Virus record (IMG/VR): IMGVR_UViG_3300020191_000954
Strand: one strand, 5' to 3'
DNA from: an uncultured virus (IMG/VR IMGVR_UViG_3300020191_000954)
Taxonomy: Duplodnaviria; Heunggongvirae; Uroviricota; Caudoviricetes
Length of the DNA: 64,000 bases
Part shown: piece after piece, positions 49,198-59,466 of the stretch
Layout of the letters: each line of letters opens with the position of its first letter
Position numbering within the stretch: the stretch's first letter is position 1
The notes under the pieces: generated by a model
The model's database searches: none
The model's input: the letters and a program-made list of their open reading frames with translations, nothing else
Told to the model about the DNA's origin: nothing
Made by a program: the position numbers and the translations under genes

Positions 49198-50131
49198 ATG
49201 GGTAGAACAAGTTACCTTTCCGTCAGATAGTTATACACCCGGAATAATCCAACAAAGTTTAGGAACTCGTGTATGGGTTCGTGAGTGCCCAACTAAACCA
49301 GATTGGATTTCTGCTAGAAATACAGAAGTGTATGTTAAGAACAAGAAAAAATCAAGACTGTTAATTTCTGTAGGTGAAAGTTGGACCTATGGTGATAACT
49401 TTCAAGGTGTACAAAGCGGACTTGGTAGAGATAATATAACATATAGAGTCAATCATTCATTTGCAAGTCATAGTGCAAAAATGCTGGATAGTGATCTAAT
49501 ACTATCAGCAGTTCCTGGTAACTGTAACCAAAACATGTTACAAGACTTAGATCGATTACTTGAAGAATATTCTGTTCTTTATGAAGAAGTATTTGTCCAA
49601 TTACAATTAACTAGTCCCGGTAGAGACCAATCTAAAATTGAAGATAAACATAGATTGTTAAAAGGTTATGATAATCTTTATACAACTAAACAAACATTAA
49701 CGAACAAGATGACTGATGCCGAATGGTTTCAGGCATATGATACAATGATGTTAACCGAATATGATCGAATTCTTAAATTACATACAAATGTAAATGGTCT
49801 AGTTTGGAAGAATTTTAATCCATTTCAGGTTGACTTTAATACAGAATCGTTTATAATAGTAACATGTCCGTGGGTTAGATTAACTTCACAGATGCATGGT
49901 AACGTTTTTGATTTACCTGTAATTAACGAAGCCGGTTGGTGGACTGAGCATTACAGTACATACGGAAATGTAGAAGGTAAACAAGAGTATATGATGAAAC
50001 AGTTAGATAATTTAGAAGCAAGTAACAAATTATTAAAGACAAGCAGTCTTAATGGATTTCATCCTAATGAAACGTTTCATGCTATATGGGCATTATATAT
50101 ATTAGGCAAAACGGAGTGGGTAACATTATGA
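49184..50131 (+). CDS. SGNH/GDSL-like protein
   Basis: GESWTYG and HPNETFH; GTG start inferred. Confidence 0.5.
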   Translation: MKHPKWVEQVTFPSDSYTPGIIQQSLGTRVWVRECPTKPDWISARNTEVYVKNKKKSRLLISVGESWTYGDNFQGVQSGLGRDNITYRVNHSFASHSAKMLDSDLILSAVPGNCNQNMLQDLDRLLEEYSVLYEEVFVQLQLTSPGRDQSKIEDKHRLLKGYDNLYTTKQTLTNKMTDAEWFQAYDTMMLTEYDRILKLHTNVNGLVWKNFNPFQVDFNTESFIIVTCPWVRLTSQMHGNVFDLPVINEAGWWTEHYSTYGNVEGKQEYMMKQLDNLEASNKLLKTSSLNGFHPNETFHAIWALYILGKTEWVTL

Positions 50132-51117
50132 AATACGTATTAGTAGACACGGCAAATACATTCTTTAGAGCAAGGCATGTAGTACGTGGTGACCTTGATA
50201 CAAAAGTAGGCATGGCGTTTCATATTACATTAAACAGTATTAAGAAAGCATGGGAAGACTTTGATGCAGATCATATAGTGTTCTGCTTAGAAGGTCGTAG
50301 TTGGCGTAAGGATTATTACGAGCCTTACAAACGTAATCGGCAAGAGACACGTGATGCACTTAGTCCTAGTCAAGCAGAAGAAGAAAAAGTATTCTGGGAA
50401 ACGTTTGATGCATTTAAAGATTTTGTAACTACAAAGACTAACTGTACTGTTATGCAACATCCTGAACTTGAAGCAGATGATTTAATTGCTGGTTGGGTAC
50501 AACATCATCCAGACGATGAACACGTTATTATTAGTACTGACGGTGACTTTGCACAACTAATTGCACCTAATGTAACACAATACAACGGTGTTAGTAATAC
50601 TATTATCACACATGAAGGCTACTTTGATGATAAGAAAAGAAAACCTATAATTGATAAGAAAACAGGTTTAGAAAAGCCTGCTCCTAATCCAGACTATATG
50701 CTGTTTGAAAAATGTATGCGAGGCGACACTAGTGATAATGTGTTTAGTGCATATCCAGGTGTACGTAAAAAAGGTACAAAGAACAAAGTTGGATTGCAAG
50801 AAGCATATGCAGACAAAGACACAAAAGGTTACAACTGGAATAATATGATGTTGCAACGTTGGGTTGATCATAACGGTGAAGAGCATCGTGTACTAGATGA
50901 CTATCAACGTAATGTTGTACTATGCGACCTAACTGCACAGCCTGAAAACATTAAAGAAAAGATTTCTAATACTATTAACGAAAATGCACAACCTAAAAAT
51001 ATTTCACAGGTTGGGTTGCGTCTTATGAAATTTTGTGCATTATATGATATGCAACGAATTTCTGATAATGCACAAGCATATTCAAAACCATTACAAGCGA
51101 GGTATCCGGTAAAATGA
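50128..51117 (+). CDS. rnh: RNase H / 5'-3' flap exonuclease (T4 Rnh-like)
   Basis: LVDTAN, YKRNR, EADD, STDGDFAQL and GDTSDNV motifs. Confidence 0.9.
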   Translation: MKYVLVDTANTFFRARHVVRGDLDTKVGMAFHITLNSIKKAWEDFDADHIVFCLEGRSWRKDYYEPYKRNRQETRDALSPSQAEEEKVFWETFDAFKDFVTTKTNCTVMQHPELEADDLIAGWVQHHPDDEHVIISTDGDFAQLIAPNVTQYNGVSNTIITHEGYFDDKKRKPIIDKKTGLEKPAPNPDYMLFEKCMRGDTSDNVFSAYPGVRKKGTKNKVGLQEAYADKDTKGYNWNNMMLQRWVDHNGEEHRVLDDYQRNVVLCDLTAQPENIKEKISNTINENAQPKNISQVGLRLMKFCALYDMQRISDNAQAYSKPLQARYPVK

Positions 51118-51596
51118 CAAAACTAAAAGCAAACGAAATATTAAAAAACAAGTTCTGGATTATTGAAGATACAGACTCAAATGAAAAGAAAGGCACACTA
51201 TCACGTGATGCTGATAACAAATATATGTATAGTTGCGACACTGGAACATATATGTATGATACAAAAAGTATTGTTGAAAAGAATTTAGGTTCTCTACTTT
51301 GGAATAAATCAGACGTTAGTGAAGCAAAGAAAAATATTTCAAAAGAAATTTATAATCTGCCAACTAGTACTATTCCTTACAACAGTATGTTTGATGTAAA
51401 ACGTAAGTTTGGGTTATTTACAAAAAGTAAAAAATCAAAGAGCTTGTATTGTGCAGGTTATTTTTGTATTCACTTTGATAAGGGTTGGGTCAAAAGTTTT
51501 TGCCCAAAACTAGTAACGTTAGAAACTTATGAATATAAAGGTCCATTCAAAACAGAGATTGAAATGAGACAGGAGTTATCACGTGCCAACCGTTAA
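51114..51596 (+). CDS. Hypothetical protein
   Basis: Coupled ORF. Confidence 0.65.
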   Translation: MTKLKANEILKNKFWIIEDTDSNEKKGTLSRDADNKYMYSCDTGTYMYDTKSIVEKNLGSLLWNKSDVSEAKKNISKEIYNLPTSTIPYNSMFDVKRKFGLFTKSKKSKSLYCAGYFCIHFDKGWVKSFCPKLVTLETYEYKGPFKTEIEMRQELSRANR

Positions 51597-51828
51597 TCCA
51601 TTAAATACAATTCCATTACAGCAGTTTATTGACCGAGTTAAGACTGCTGATAACCAGCAACTAAAAGACATTACATTAAACATTAGAGATGCTAAGAACT
51701 TAGCATTTACTATCGGTAGTGTAATGAGTCGCTTACACGGCGATTTAGAAGCTCTAGTACACCAAGAAAAGAACGCTGAAGAAGTTATTAATGTAACTGT
51801 AGACGGCGGCGGACAAGGCTGGAAGTAA
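51583..51828 (+). CDS. Hypothetical protein
   Basis: AGGAG RBS, GTG start. Confidence 0.6.
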   Translation: MPTVNPLNTIPLQQFIDRVKTADNQQLKDITLNIRDAKNLAFTIGSVMSRLHGDLEALVHQEKNAEEVINVTVDGGGQGWK

Positions 51829-51887
51829 CTAATAAACTACGCATTTAACTCTCCTTTTTGGATAAATACTATGGGAGAAGATAATAA

Positions 51888-52178
51888 ATGAGTAGACCAA
51901 AACCAAATATTTTATTAGAATATACAGACAAAAAGTCTTATAGAAGCGAGCAGATTCTAGCCGCTGAGGCTATTTGGGCAGTATTCTATCAAGGTAATCC
52001 TTTTAACTTAAAAAGTTTAAATTCATTAACTAATTATCCTGGGCCTAAATATAAAAAAGTTAGTTTCAGTAATCCTGGTCATGCACACAACTTAGCAAGT
52101 AAATTAAACGAATTATTTACAACTAAAGAGTTTACTGTTGTAAAGTTAACTACCGGACCAGTAGTAGAAGAAGAATAG
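51888..52178 (+). CDS. Hypothetical protein
   Basis: GATAAATA at 51861-51868; GGAG RBS. Confidence 0.65.
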   Translation: MSRPKPNILLEYTDKKSYRSEQILAAEAIWAVFYQGNPFNLKSLNSLTNYPGPKYKKVSFSNPGHAHNLASKLNELFTTKEFTVVKLTTGPVVEEE

Positions 52179-52179
52179 A

Positions 52180-52569
52180 ATGAACTGGAAAGAAACCTAT
52201 ACCAAGGTGTTCTTAAAACAAGCCAACATTAGTATTAATGATAGTACGTTAAAAGAATATATGCCTTTATGGTGGCAAAACACTAGAGCAGTTGGCGGGT
52301 TACGTCTAACTGACGAAGGCATGATGTTTATTACAGACCAATTAGAATTAGTTACTTACGAAATACCATTTCCTCCCGAATTTAAAATAACTACCCAAAT
52401 TATACTGTTCTTAGATAAGTTTATTGATTGTCCATACTATGTAACTAACAAGCATATTACAGTTACAAGTGAAAAAAAGAGCATGGAATTACATCTGTTT
52501 AGTGGAGATGTCCGTAAATATGGACTAGCTAAAGCCCTAAAACGGACAGATGAAGAACTAACCCCTTGA
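52180..52569 (+). CDS. Hypothetical protein
   Basis: Operon ORF. Confidence 0.65.
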   Translation: MNWKETYTKVFLKQANISINDSTLKEYMPLWWQNTRAVGGLRLTDEGMMFITDQLELVTYEIPFPPEFKITTQIILFLDKFIDCPYYVTNKHITVTSEKKSMELHLFSGDVRKYGLAKALKRTDEELTP

Positions 52570-52610
52570 TATTACTACATATTTTTTCTTAAAAAAACTG
52601 CGTTTTCTGG

Positions 52611-52639
52611 TTGACCTTTTGATAAAGAGGTGCTATTAT
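52611..52639 (+). promoter_or_regulatory. Sigma70-like promoter
   Basis: TTGACC-17 nt-TATTAT with an AT-rich upstream region. Confidence 0.55.
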
Positions 52640-52695
52640 ATATACATACTAAGAAATTAAGTATGGCACTGAACAAACAGAAAGAGGAATACAAA

Positions 52696-53781
52696 ATGGA
52701 AAACATTGCAATTAGAACAGTAAGTCCTAATAATGCAAAGAAGAGCATTGTTAGAGCATTTAAAAAGAAACGTCCTTTGTTTATCTGGGGAGCACCAGGT
52801 ATTGGTAAATCGGACATCGTTGGACAGGTTGCGTCAGAGATTGATGCACACATGATTGACATTCGTTTGTCACTATGGGATCCAACAGACATTAAAGGCA
52901 TTCCGTATTATAGTTCAAACGATAATACAATGCAATGGGCACCGCCACAAGAATTGCCAACTCAAGAGTTTGCTAAGAAACATAAATTTATTGTATTGTT
53001 CTTAGACGAAATGAACTCTGCGGCACCGGCTGTACAGGCGGCGGCTTATCAATTAATTCTTAACCGTAAGGTTGGTACTTATGTACTACCTGATAACGTT
53101 CTTATTGTAGCGGCTGGTAACAGAGATGCTGATAAGGGTGTTACATACAGAATGCCAGCACCGTTAGCAAATAGATTTGTTCACTTAGAACTTAAAGTTG
53201 ATTTTGACGATTGGTTCCAGTGGGCAGTAAACAATGATATCCACCAAGATGTTGTTGGTTACTTAACATTTAGCAAGAAGGACTTGTATGACTTTGATCC
53301 AAAAAGTCCAAGTCGTTCGTTTGCTACACCTCGTTCTTGGTCATTTGTATCCGAACTACTAGAGGATGATGATGACGAGACAACCACTACTGATTTAGTT
53401 AGTGGTTCAGTTGGCGAAGGCCTGGCAGTAAAGTTCATGGCCCATCGTAAAGTTTCATCTAAGTTACCTAACCCGAGTGACGTACTCGCAGGTAAAGTAA
53501 AAACATTAGATACACGAGAAATCAGTGCCATGTATTCCTTGACTGTATCTTTATGTTACGAACTTAAAGAAGCTAACGACAAAGGCAATAAGAAGTTTGA
53601 CGAAATGGTCAATAATTTCTTAAGGTTCTCAATGGACAATTTTGATACTGAGCTAGTAGTTATGGGTATCAAATTAGGTCTAACACAATATCAACTTCCA
53701 ATCGATCCAGATGAAGTTGAGTGTTTTGATGAGTTCCATGAAAAGTACGGTAAGTACATTACTGCCGCACAGGCTAGTTAA
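52696..53781 (+). CDS. MoxR-like AAA+ ATPase
   Basis: GAPGIGKS, LFLDEMN, AAGN, PLANRF and TPRSW motifs; start moved to the ATG after GAGG. Confidence 0.85.
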   Translation: MENIAIRTVSPNNAKKSIVRAFKKKRPLFIWGAPGIGKSDIVGQVASEIDAHMIDIRLSLWDPTDIKGIPYYSSNDNTMQWAPPQELPTQEFAKKHKFIVLFLDEMNSAAPAVQAAAYQLILNRKVGTYVLPDNVLIVAAGNRDADKGVTYRMPAPLANRFVHLELKVDFDDWFQWAVNNDIHQDVVGYLTFSKKDLYDFDPKSPSRSFATPRSWSFVSELLEDDDDETTTTDLVSGSVGEGLAVKFMAHRKVSSKLPNPSDVLAGKVKTLDTREISAMYSLTVSLCYELKEANDKGNKKFDEMVNNFLRFSMDNFDTELVVMGIKLGLTQYQLPIDPDEVECFDEFHEKYGKYITAAQAS

Positions 53782-53786
53782 CTGAT

Positions 53787-53825
53787 AAGGGTAGGATATC
53801 TTTTGGTATTCTACCCTTTTTATTT
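53787..53825 (+). terminator. Rho-independent terminator
   Basis: AAGGGTAGGATATC-TTTT-GGTATTCTACCCTT followed by a T run. Confidence 0.8.
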
Positions 53826-53827
53826 GG

Positions 53828-53856
53828 TTGACAAACTCAATTAAATAGTGTATACT
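53828..53856 (+). promoter_or_regulatory. Sigma70 promoter
   Basis: TTGACA-17 nt-TATACT. Confidence 0.75.
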
Positions 53857-53884
53857 GTAAGTATAAACAATAAGGAATAGGCAC

Positions 53885-55153
53885 ATGGCAACAGACGTAT
53901 TAGAATTAGAAACAGAAACTCCAGAAATAGAAATAACTGACGAACTTCGTGCAGAAGTTTTGGACAGAATTATTGTAGCTAGAGTTGGCTTGTTACTACG
54001 TCACCCATTTTTTGGTAATATGGCTACAAGGCTTATTATTAAAGAAGCAAGTGATTGGTGTCCAACTGCGGCCACAGATGGTAGACACCTATTTTATAGT
54101 GTTCCGTTCTTTGCTAAGATGTCTAATAAAGAAATAGAATTTGTAATTGCACATGAAATACTTCATTGTGTATTTGATCACATGACACGTAGAGAAGATA
54201 GAGATCCGCAAATACATAATATTGCGGCAGACTATATTGTAAACAATACACTAGTACGTGATCGTATTGGAGATAAGCCTAAAGACATTCCAATTTTCCA
54301 AGACTTTAAATATGATGGTTGGTCTTCAGAGGCTGTATATGATGACATCTTTGAAAAGTATGATCAAGAAGAATTAGATCAATTAGGTAAGTTACTTGAC
54401 GAACACGTTGATTGGGAGAAAGGTAATACCCCAGGACAACCTAAAACAGGTAAAGGTAAAAGTAAAAGCAATAAGCCTAGTTACTCAAAAGAAGAACTTG
54501 CTAAAATACGTGATGAAATTAAAGAGAACATGATGTCTGCGGCACAGGCGGCAGGTGCTGGTAATGTTCCTAAAGAAGTAGAACGTATGATTAAGGATCT
54601 TACTGAGCCTAAAATGTCTTGGAGAGAGTTACTTAGACAACAGATTGAAAGTACTATCCGTAATGATTTTACTTTTGCTCGTCCTTCACGTAAAGGTTGG
54701 CATACTGGTGCAATACTTCCAGGTATGAACTTCCAAGATACTGTTGATCTTTGTATTGCTATTGACATGTCAGGTTCAATTGGTGACGATCAAGCAACTG
54801 ACTTCTTAAGCGAAGTACAAGGTATTATGGATGAGTATCAAGACTATAAAATTAAACTATGGTGCTTTGATACAGCCGTATATGGTGAAGAAGACTTTAG
54901 TGCAGATTCGCCTAGTAACTTACGTGAATATAAAGTTATTGGTGGCGGCGGTACTGACTTTAATGCTAACTGGGAATACATGAAAGAAAATGATATTGTT
55001 CCTAAGAAGTTCATTATGTTCACTGATGGTTATCCTTGGGATAGCTGGGGTGATGAAGATTATTGTGATACTATCTTTATTGTACATAGCTATCATGATA
55101 AGAATATGCAGGCGCCATTTGGTGTTACTGCACATTACGAAAAAGGAAAATAG
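53885..55153 (+). CDS. HExxH metallopeptidase-like plus vWA domain protein (MoxR partner)
   Basis: TAATDG, AHEILH, MIDAS DMSGS, GGGGTDF and FTDG motifs. Confidence 0.85.
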   Translation: MATDVLELETETPEIEITDELRAEVLDRIIVARVGLLLRHPFFGNMATRLIIKEASDWCPTAATDGRHLFYSVPFFAKMSNKEIEFVIAHEILHCVFDHMTRREDRDPQIHNIAADYIVNNTLVRDRIGDKPKDIPIFQDFKYDGWSSEAVYDDIFEKYDQEELDQLGKLLDEHVDWEKGNTPGQPKTGKGKSKSNKPSYSKEELAKIRDEIKENMMSAAQAAGAGNVPKEVERMIKDLTEPKMSWRELLRQQIESTIRNDFTFARPSRKGWHTGAILPGMNFQDTVDLCIAIDMSGSIGDDQATDFLSEVQGIMDEYQDYKIKLWCFDTAVYGEEDFSADSPSNLREYKVIGGGGTDFNANWEYMKENDIVPKKFIMFTDGYPWDSWGDEDYCDTIFIVHSYHDKNMQAPFGVTAHYEKGK

Positions 55154-55443
55154 TGCTGGATAAGAAAAATACACCCAACGCCTTAGACTTTTTTGATGTT
55201 CGAGAAACAAAATCAGCACCAAAGCATTTTGAGTTTTGTAATCTAACACCAAAATATAATATGGAAGATTCAATCCGTAAATGGATTAAGACCAATCTAA
55301 AAGGCCGATTTTATATTGGAAAAACTATAGTGCTATCTGATAATCCAGATAGTGCATATAATCGGTGTATAAGAATTGGATTTGAACAACATCGAGAGTT
55401 AAGTTATTTCATGTTGGCTTGTCCACATTTAAAGTACAACTAA
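55153..55443 (+). CDS. Hypothetical protein
   Basis: Coupled ORF. Confidence 0.55.
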   Translation: MLDKKNTPNALDFFDVRETKSAPKHFEFCNLTPKYNMEDSIRKWIKTNLKGRFYIGKTIVLSDNPDSAYNRCIRIGFEQHRELSYFMLACPHLKYN

Positions 55444-55513
55444 GTATCAACAAGTAAATAATAATAGCATATAGATTAATATGCTTGTTATGATCAAAAC
55501 AAGGAGAATATAA

Positions 55514-55867
55514 ATGTCAAATGATACAACAAAAGTTGCATCAACCCCTACAGTAGGAAAAGATGGCGCAGGCCAAGCACCTATGCCACAGGGTGGTGCA
55601 CCAACAGGAGCTCAGGCCGCGGCAGAATTAACTGTACAGGACCTAGGCGTTTTAAAAACTATTATCGAAGTTGCACAAAGTCGTGGAGCATTTAAAGCTA
55701 ACGAACTAGAAGCAGTTGGAAAAACATTTAATAAATTAGATGTATTCCTAACAACGGTACAAAATCAACAAGTAGCCGAATCGGCTAATGCACCTACTAT
55801 GCCTGCAACACCAGCAAAAGATACACCAGTATCACCAGCTGATGCAAGTGCAGTATTAGGAGCCTAA
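55514..55867 (+). CDS. Hypothetical protein
   Basis: AAGGAG RBS; AGTAAATA late-like motif at 55453-55460. Confidence 0.7.
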   Translation: MSNDTTKVASTPTVGKDGAGQAPMPQGGAPTGAQAAAELTVQDLGVLKTIIEVAQSRGAFKANELEAVGKTFNKLDVFLTTVQNQQVAESANAPTMPATPAKDTPVSPADASAVLGA

Positions 55868-55878
55868 GGAGAAATAAT

Positions 55879-56472
55879 ATGGCGTTAAAACACATTGGAA
55901 GAATTGAAAAGACAGGACGTAAAGTTGCTGTTGCATTCAGAACATTACCAAACGATGCAGAACATTGTTTAGTAGTACAAACAGAAAACTTAAAAGATCA
56001 AGACCACGATGTCTTAATGAATCTTATTGAAAGTAATACAGGTCAAGTAGCTGAAGAATTAGCTGATGCTATGCAAAGAACACAACTACAAGATGGTAGC
56101 ACTATGTTACCAGCTTTTCATAGTAAAGGTAAGTTGACAAAAATCGCAACTAAAGACATTACTATGACTCCTGATAACTCAACTAACATTAATCTAGCAG
56201 AATTAAATAAAATTATTGCAGAGCAAAAAGGTGTTAGTATTTCAGACCTAGCAGTAGGTGGAAGTTCAGTTACAGAAGTTGCTAGTGCGTCAAAAATTGC
56301 AGAGCCTACAGCGCCAACAGTAGCACCAGGAGATGCTCCACTTTCGGACGCTGACCTAGCTAAAAATCTAAGAGCAGATGCCGATAGACTGTTTAAAGAA
56401 GCTACAGACCTACGTAAACAAGCAGACGAACTAGCACCAGCAAAGAAGGCGGCTGGTCGTGGCAAATCGTAA
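55879..56472 (+). CDS. Hypothetical protein
   Basis: AAGGAG RBS. Confidence 0.7.
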   Translation: MALKHIGRIEKTGRKVAVAFRTLPNDAEHCLVVQTENLKDQDHDVLMNLIESNTGQVAEELADAMQRTQLQDGSTMLPAFHSKGKLTKIATKDITMTPDNSTNINLAELNKIIAEQKGVSISDLAVGGSSVTEVASASKIAEPTAPTVAPGDAPLSDADLAKNLRADADRLFKEATDLRKQADELAPAKKAAGRGKS

Positions 56473-56779
56473 GAAAAAACGATTACCACAAGATATAATA
56501 GCTAAATGGCCTGAGGTATTTAAGGACATTGATATCGATGCCATACCTTTGGAATATGTAGAAAGTATAACAGTATTTTTCCACAACGGTAAGAAGTGGG
56601 AGATTGAAATTAAAGATAAGTCAAAATTAGACCCCCTTAAAGAGGTCGAAAATGCACTTAACGAGATGTTTACTAACTACAATACTGCTATTAAAAATGT
56701 CGATTTCCGTGTAGATTCGGAACGTGTTAAGACTGATGTACAAAAGCGTACTAAACAGTTCTTAAAAAAGCAGAAGTAA
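56459..56779 (+). CDS. Hypothetical protein
   Basis: Overlapping operon ORF. Confidence 0.6.
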   Translation: MANRKKKRLPQDIIAKWPEVFKDIDIDAIPLEYVESITVFFHNGKKWEIEIKDKSKLDPLKEVENALNEMFTNYNTAIKNVDFRVDSERVKTDVQKRTKQFLKKQK

Positions 56780-56829
56780 ATTTTAGGTATTGGCATAAAT
56801 ACATGTATAAGATACTAGGAGTGCTATAA

Positions 56830-58203
56830 ATGGCTTTAAGATTACGAAGAGGAACAGATGCCCAGAGGGCTTTAATTACTCCGTTAGACGGAGAGTTGAT
56901 CTATACTACAGACACTAAAAAGCTGTATGTAGGAGATGGAACTACCGCAGGCGGGTTAGCAGTTGACACAGCTGGTACGTTCCTTGGTGCAGACTTAGAC
57001 CTAAATAACTACAATTTAACAGGTACAGGTAATGTAAACGTAACAGGAAACATTACTGCAACCGGTAATATCACTGCTGACGGAAATTTAACGTTAGGTG
57101 GTAATTTACAAATTGGTGATTCTAATACTGATACAGTTAATTTATCAGCTAAAATCGAATCAGATATTATTCCAGATGTTGACGGTGCTAGAAGTTTAGG
57201 TTCATCTAGTAACAAGTTTGCAACAGCACACCTTAACACTCTTAATGTAACAGACCAAATTGATGCACTTTCTATTAATGCAAATGTAATTGGTAACGAC
57301 AGTACAGTATTACTTAATGTTGCAACAGGTGCAGTTAATGTAACAGGCGAATTAACAGGTACAGTCAAAGCCAACGATGCAACAACATTTTACAATCCAG
57401 CACTTAAATCAATTGCGGCAAGTTCAGCTATCTTTTCAGCTACTGTAACTGCTCCAACTTTTAGTGGAACACTTGCAGGTGACGTAACAGGTTCAGTTTT
57501 TGCTGATGATAGTGGCGTACTAGTTGATGGTGTTAACAACACAGTTGTTATTGATAACGGTTCAATTTATGCACAAGGTAAAGTACTAAGAGTTAGAAAC
57601 GCAGAAACAATTAAGATTGGTGACGTAACAGATGTATATAGTACTGGTTTAGAAATTACTAACGTAGACGGTTCACCGCCAATTGACATGGTCAGTTTAG
57701 CACAGAGCAGTTTTGGTGGTATTTCTAAAATGGCATTTACTGGTCGTCATGGCGATATAGTAACTCCGGTACAAGGTACTGCTGGTGATTACCTAGGTGC
57801 TATTGACGCTAGAAGTTATGATGCTACTACTGATACATTAGTTCCATCAAGTGTAATTGCATTCCAAATTGATCCTAACACTACAGTATCAAACGATATA
57901 GCAAAAGGTTCAATTAGAATTATTAACAACAATGGTTCTGCAAGTAGTCCAGAGTTAAAAACAATGTCAATCATGTCAAATGGTTGGGTTGCTATTAACA
58001 ACACTCTTGCATTTACACCATTGGCTACATTAGACATTAACGGTTTTGCAAAATTGGCGGCTTCGTCAGCAGAACCTAACACTCCAACACTAGGTATGAT
58101 TGCTGTCGCTGACAGAACTACTTGGGATCCAGTTGGGGTTGGTTCAGGAAACGCTTATCCAGTATTTTACGATGGCGCGGCTTGGATCAAAATGATTGCT
58201 TAA
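56830..58203 (+). CDS. Tail fibre / receptor-binding-type structural protein
   Basis: LRLRRGT...DGELIYTTDTKKLYVGDG N-terminal module, GN(V/I/L)xxxG repeats, C-terminal YDGAAW; CATAAATA at 56794-56801. Confidence 0.7.
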   Translation: MALRLRRGTDAQRALITPLDGELIYTTDTKKLYVGDGTTAGGLAVDTAGTFLGADLDLNNYNLTGTGNVNVTGNITATGNITADGNLTLGGNLQIGDSNTDTVNLSAKIESDIIPDVDGARSLGSSSNKFATAHLNTLNVTDQIDALSINANVIGNDSTVLLNVATGAVNVTGELTGTVKANDATTFYNPALKSIAASSAIFSATVTAPTFSGTLAGDVTGSVFADDSGVLVDGVNNTVVIDNGSIYAQGKVLRVRNAETIKIGDVTDVYSTGLEITNVDGSPPIDMVSLAQSSFGGISKMAFTGRHGDIVTPVQGTAGDYLGAIDARSYDATTDTLVPSSVIAFQIDPNTTVSNDIAKGSIRIINNNGSASSPELKTMSIMSNGWVAINNTLAFTPLATLDINGFAKLAASSAEPNTPTLGMIAVADRTTWDPVGVGSGNAYPVFYDGAAWIKMIA

Positions 58204-58247
58204 TTCACATCCAATAATTCCAAAATAGTTTTCAAATAAGTAAGTAT

Positions 58248-58916
58248 ATGCTTACTCTATTCACATCAGGTAGTACAGATGAACCAAAACGTGTAACACA
58301 CTCTTGGGAATATATTAACCAATCTGCAAAACTTTCAGCAAAAGAAATTGGACTAACTAAAGACGATATTGTATTGGATGTCTTTCCAGCAAACACTATA
58401 GCACACTATACTATAACAGCTCTTCCTGCTTATATAAGCGGCGCACAGCTAGTTAGTGCTAACTTTAATGCACTTACCTACCCTACGTTGTTTAGTAGCG
58501 TTAAACCGACGTATATAGCGTTAATTCCACGCCATTTAGAGTTGTTACAAAAGACAAAAGGCTTTAAAGACTTAGACATGAGTTGTGTACGTTATATGGT
58601 TACTGGTAGTAGTAAAATTGAGCAATCATTTATTGATGCATTCAAAGAGCGTGGAGTACAGACTGTTGCTAATTGGTACGGCATGACAGAGTATGCTCCG
58701 CCGGTAATGATTGGATACGATTCACCTAGTTTTGATTTTAACACTATAGATGAAAAAAGAACACATGTGATGTTTAATCCAATTACTGCTACATCTAAGT
58801 TAGCCCATTGTATTATTAATGGTAAAAGTACAGGCGATATATTTGACATGAATACTAAAACATTTTCACACAGGATGAATATAGCTAATGGTAAAACTTG
58901 GAAAAATGAATTTTAG
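58248..58916 (+). CDS. Minimal ANL-family adenylate-forming enzyme (core only)
   Basis: FTSGSTDEPK (A3), YGMTE (A5) and STGD (A7); only 222 aa. Confidence 0.7.
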   Translation: MLTLFTSGSTDEPKRVTHSWEYINQSAKLSAKEIGLTKDDIVLDVFPANTIAHYTITALPAYISGAQLVSANFNALTYPTLFSSVKPTYIALIPRHLELLQKTKGFKDLDMSCVRYMVTGSSKIEQSFIDAFKERGVQTVANWYGMTEYAPPVMIGYDSPSFDFNTIDEKRTHVMFNPITATSKLAHCIINGKSTGDIFDMNTKTFSHRMNIANGKTWKNEF

Positions 58917-59466
58917 GTTTGCTACTAAAGACGATGAATCGTTAGTAGAGAAATTTTGCAAATCACAAAACTTCAGCAATAACACATCTCTTAAAAAAAT
59001 GAAATGGGAATGGGTACTAGAAGAAGGTGCTTGGACTGTTGCTACACACAAAGATAAAATTGTTAGTATTGCTGGCATACATAAACTACCCGAAGTTAGT
59101 CCAGATGCATATAGATGTTTATTCCGTGGTGCCCAATTACCTGGTTATACATTAGGCACTGGTAGAGATATTTTTAAGACTGGAATACAACTAAGTCAGT
59201 TATTAAATTTGCAAATCAATTGGGCATTAGAACAAAGTCTCAATGCAGAACTTTATATTAGTACAAACATAAATGATGATGGTGGTAAAAGTAAACGTAT
59301 GAATGATACTATGATGCCATTATTAGCAAGACGTGGTATATGGAAGTTAGAACAAAGTATGATGTTGTTTAATGTTCCACAGCGTCTGTGGCGTATTAAT
59401 GTTCTAAAGTATATGGAAGAGCGTAACCTTTCGCTAGGCAACGATAACTGTACTCATCAAAAATAG
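58906..59466 (+). CDS. GNAT-like acyltransferase candidate
   Basis: FRFATKDD start and IVSIAGI...FRGAQLP topology; weak match. Confidence 0.4.
   Translation: MNFRFATKDDESLVEKFCKSQNFSNNTSLKKMKWEWVLEEGAWTVATHKDKIVSIAGIHKLPEVSPDAYRCLFRGAQLPGYTLGTGRDIFKTGIQLSQLLNLQINWALEQSLNAELYISTNINDDGGKSKRMNDTMMPLLARRGIWKLEQSMMLFNVPQRLWRINVLKYMEERNLSLGNDNCTHQK

Noticed and set aside
55467..55486. AGCATAT/ATATGCT inverted repeat
   Set aside because: Short, AT-rich and without a T tract; could arise by chance
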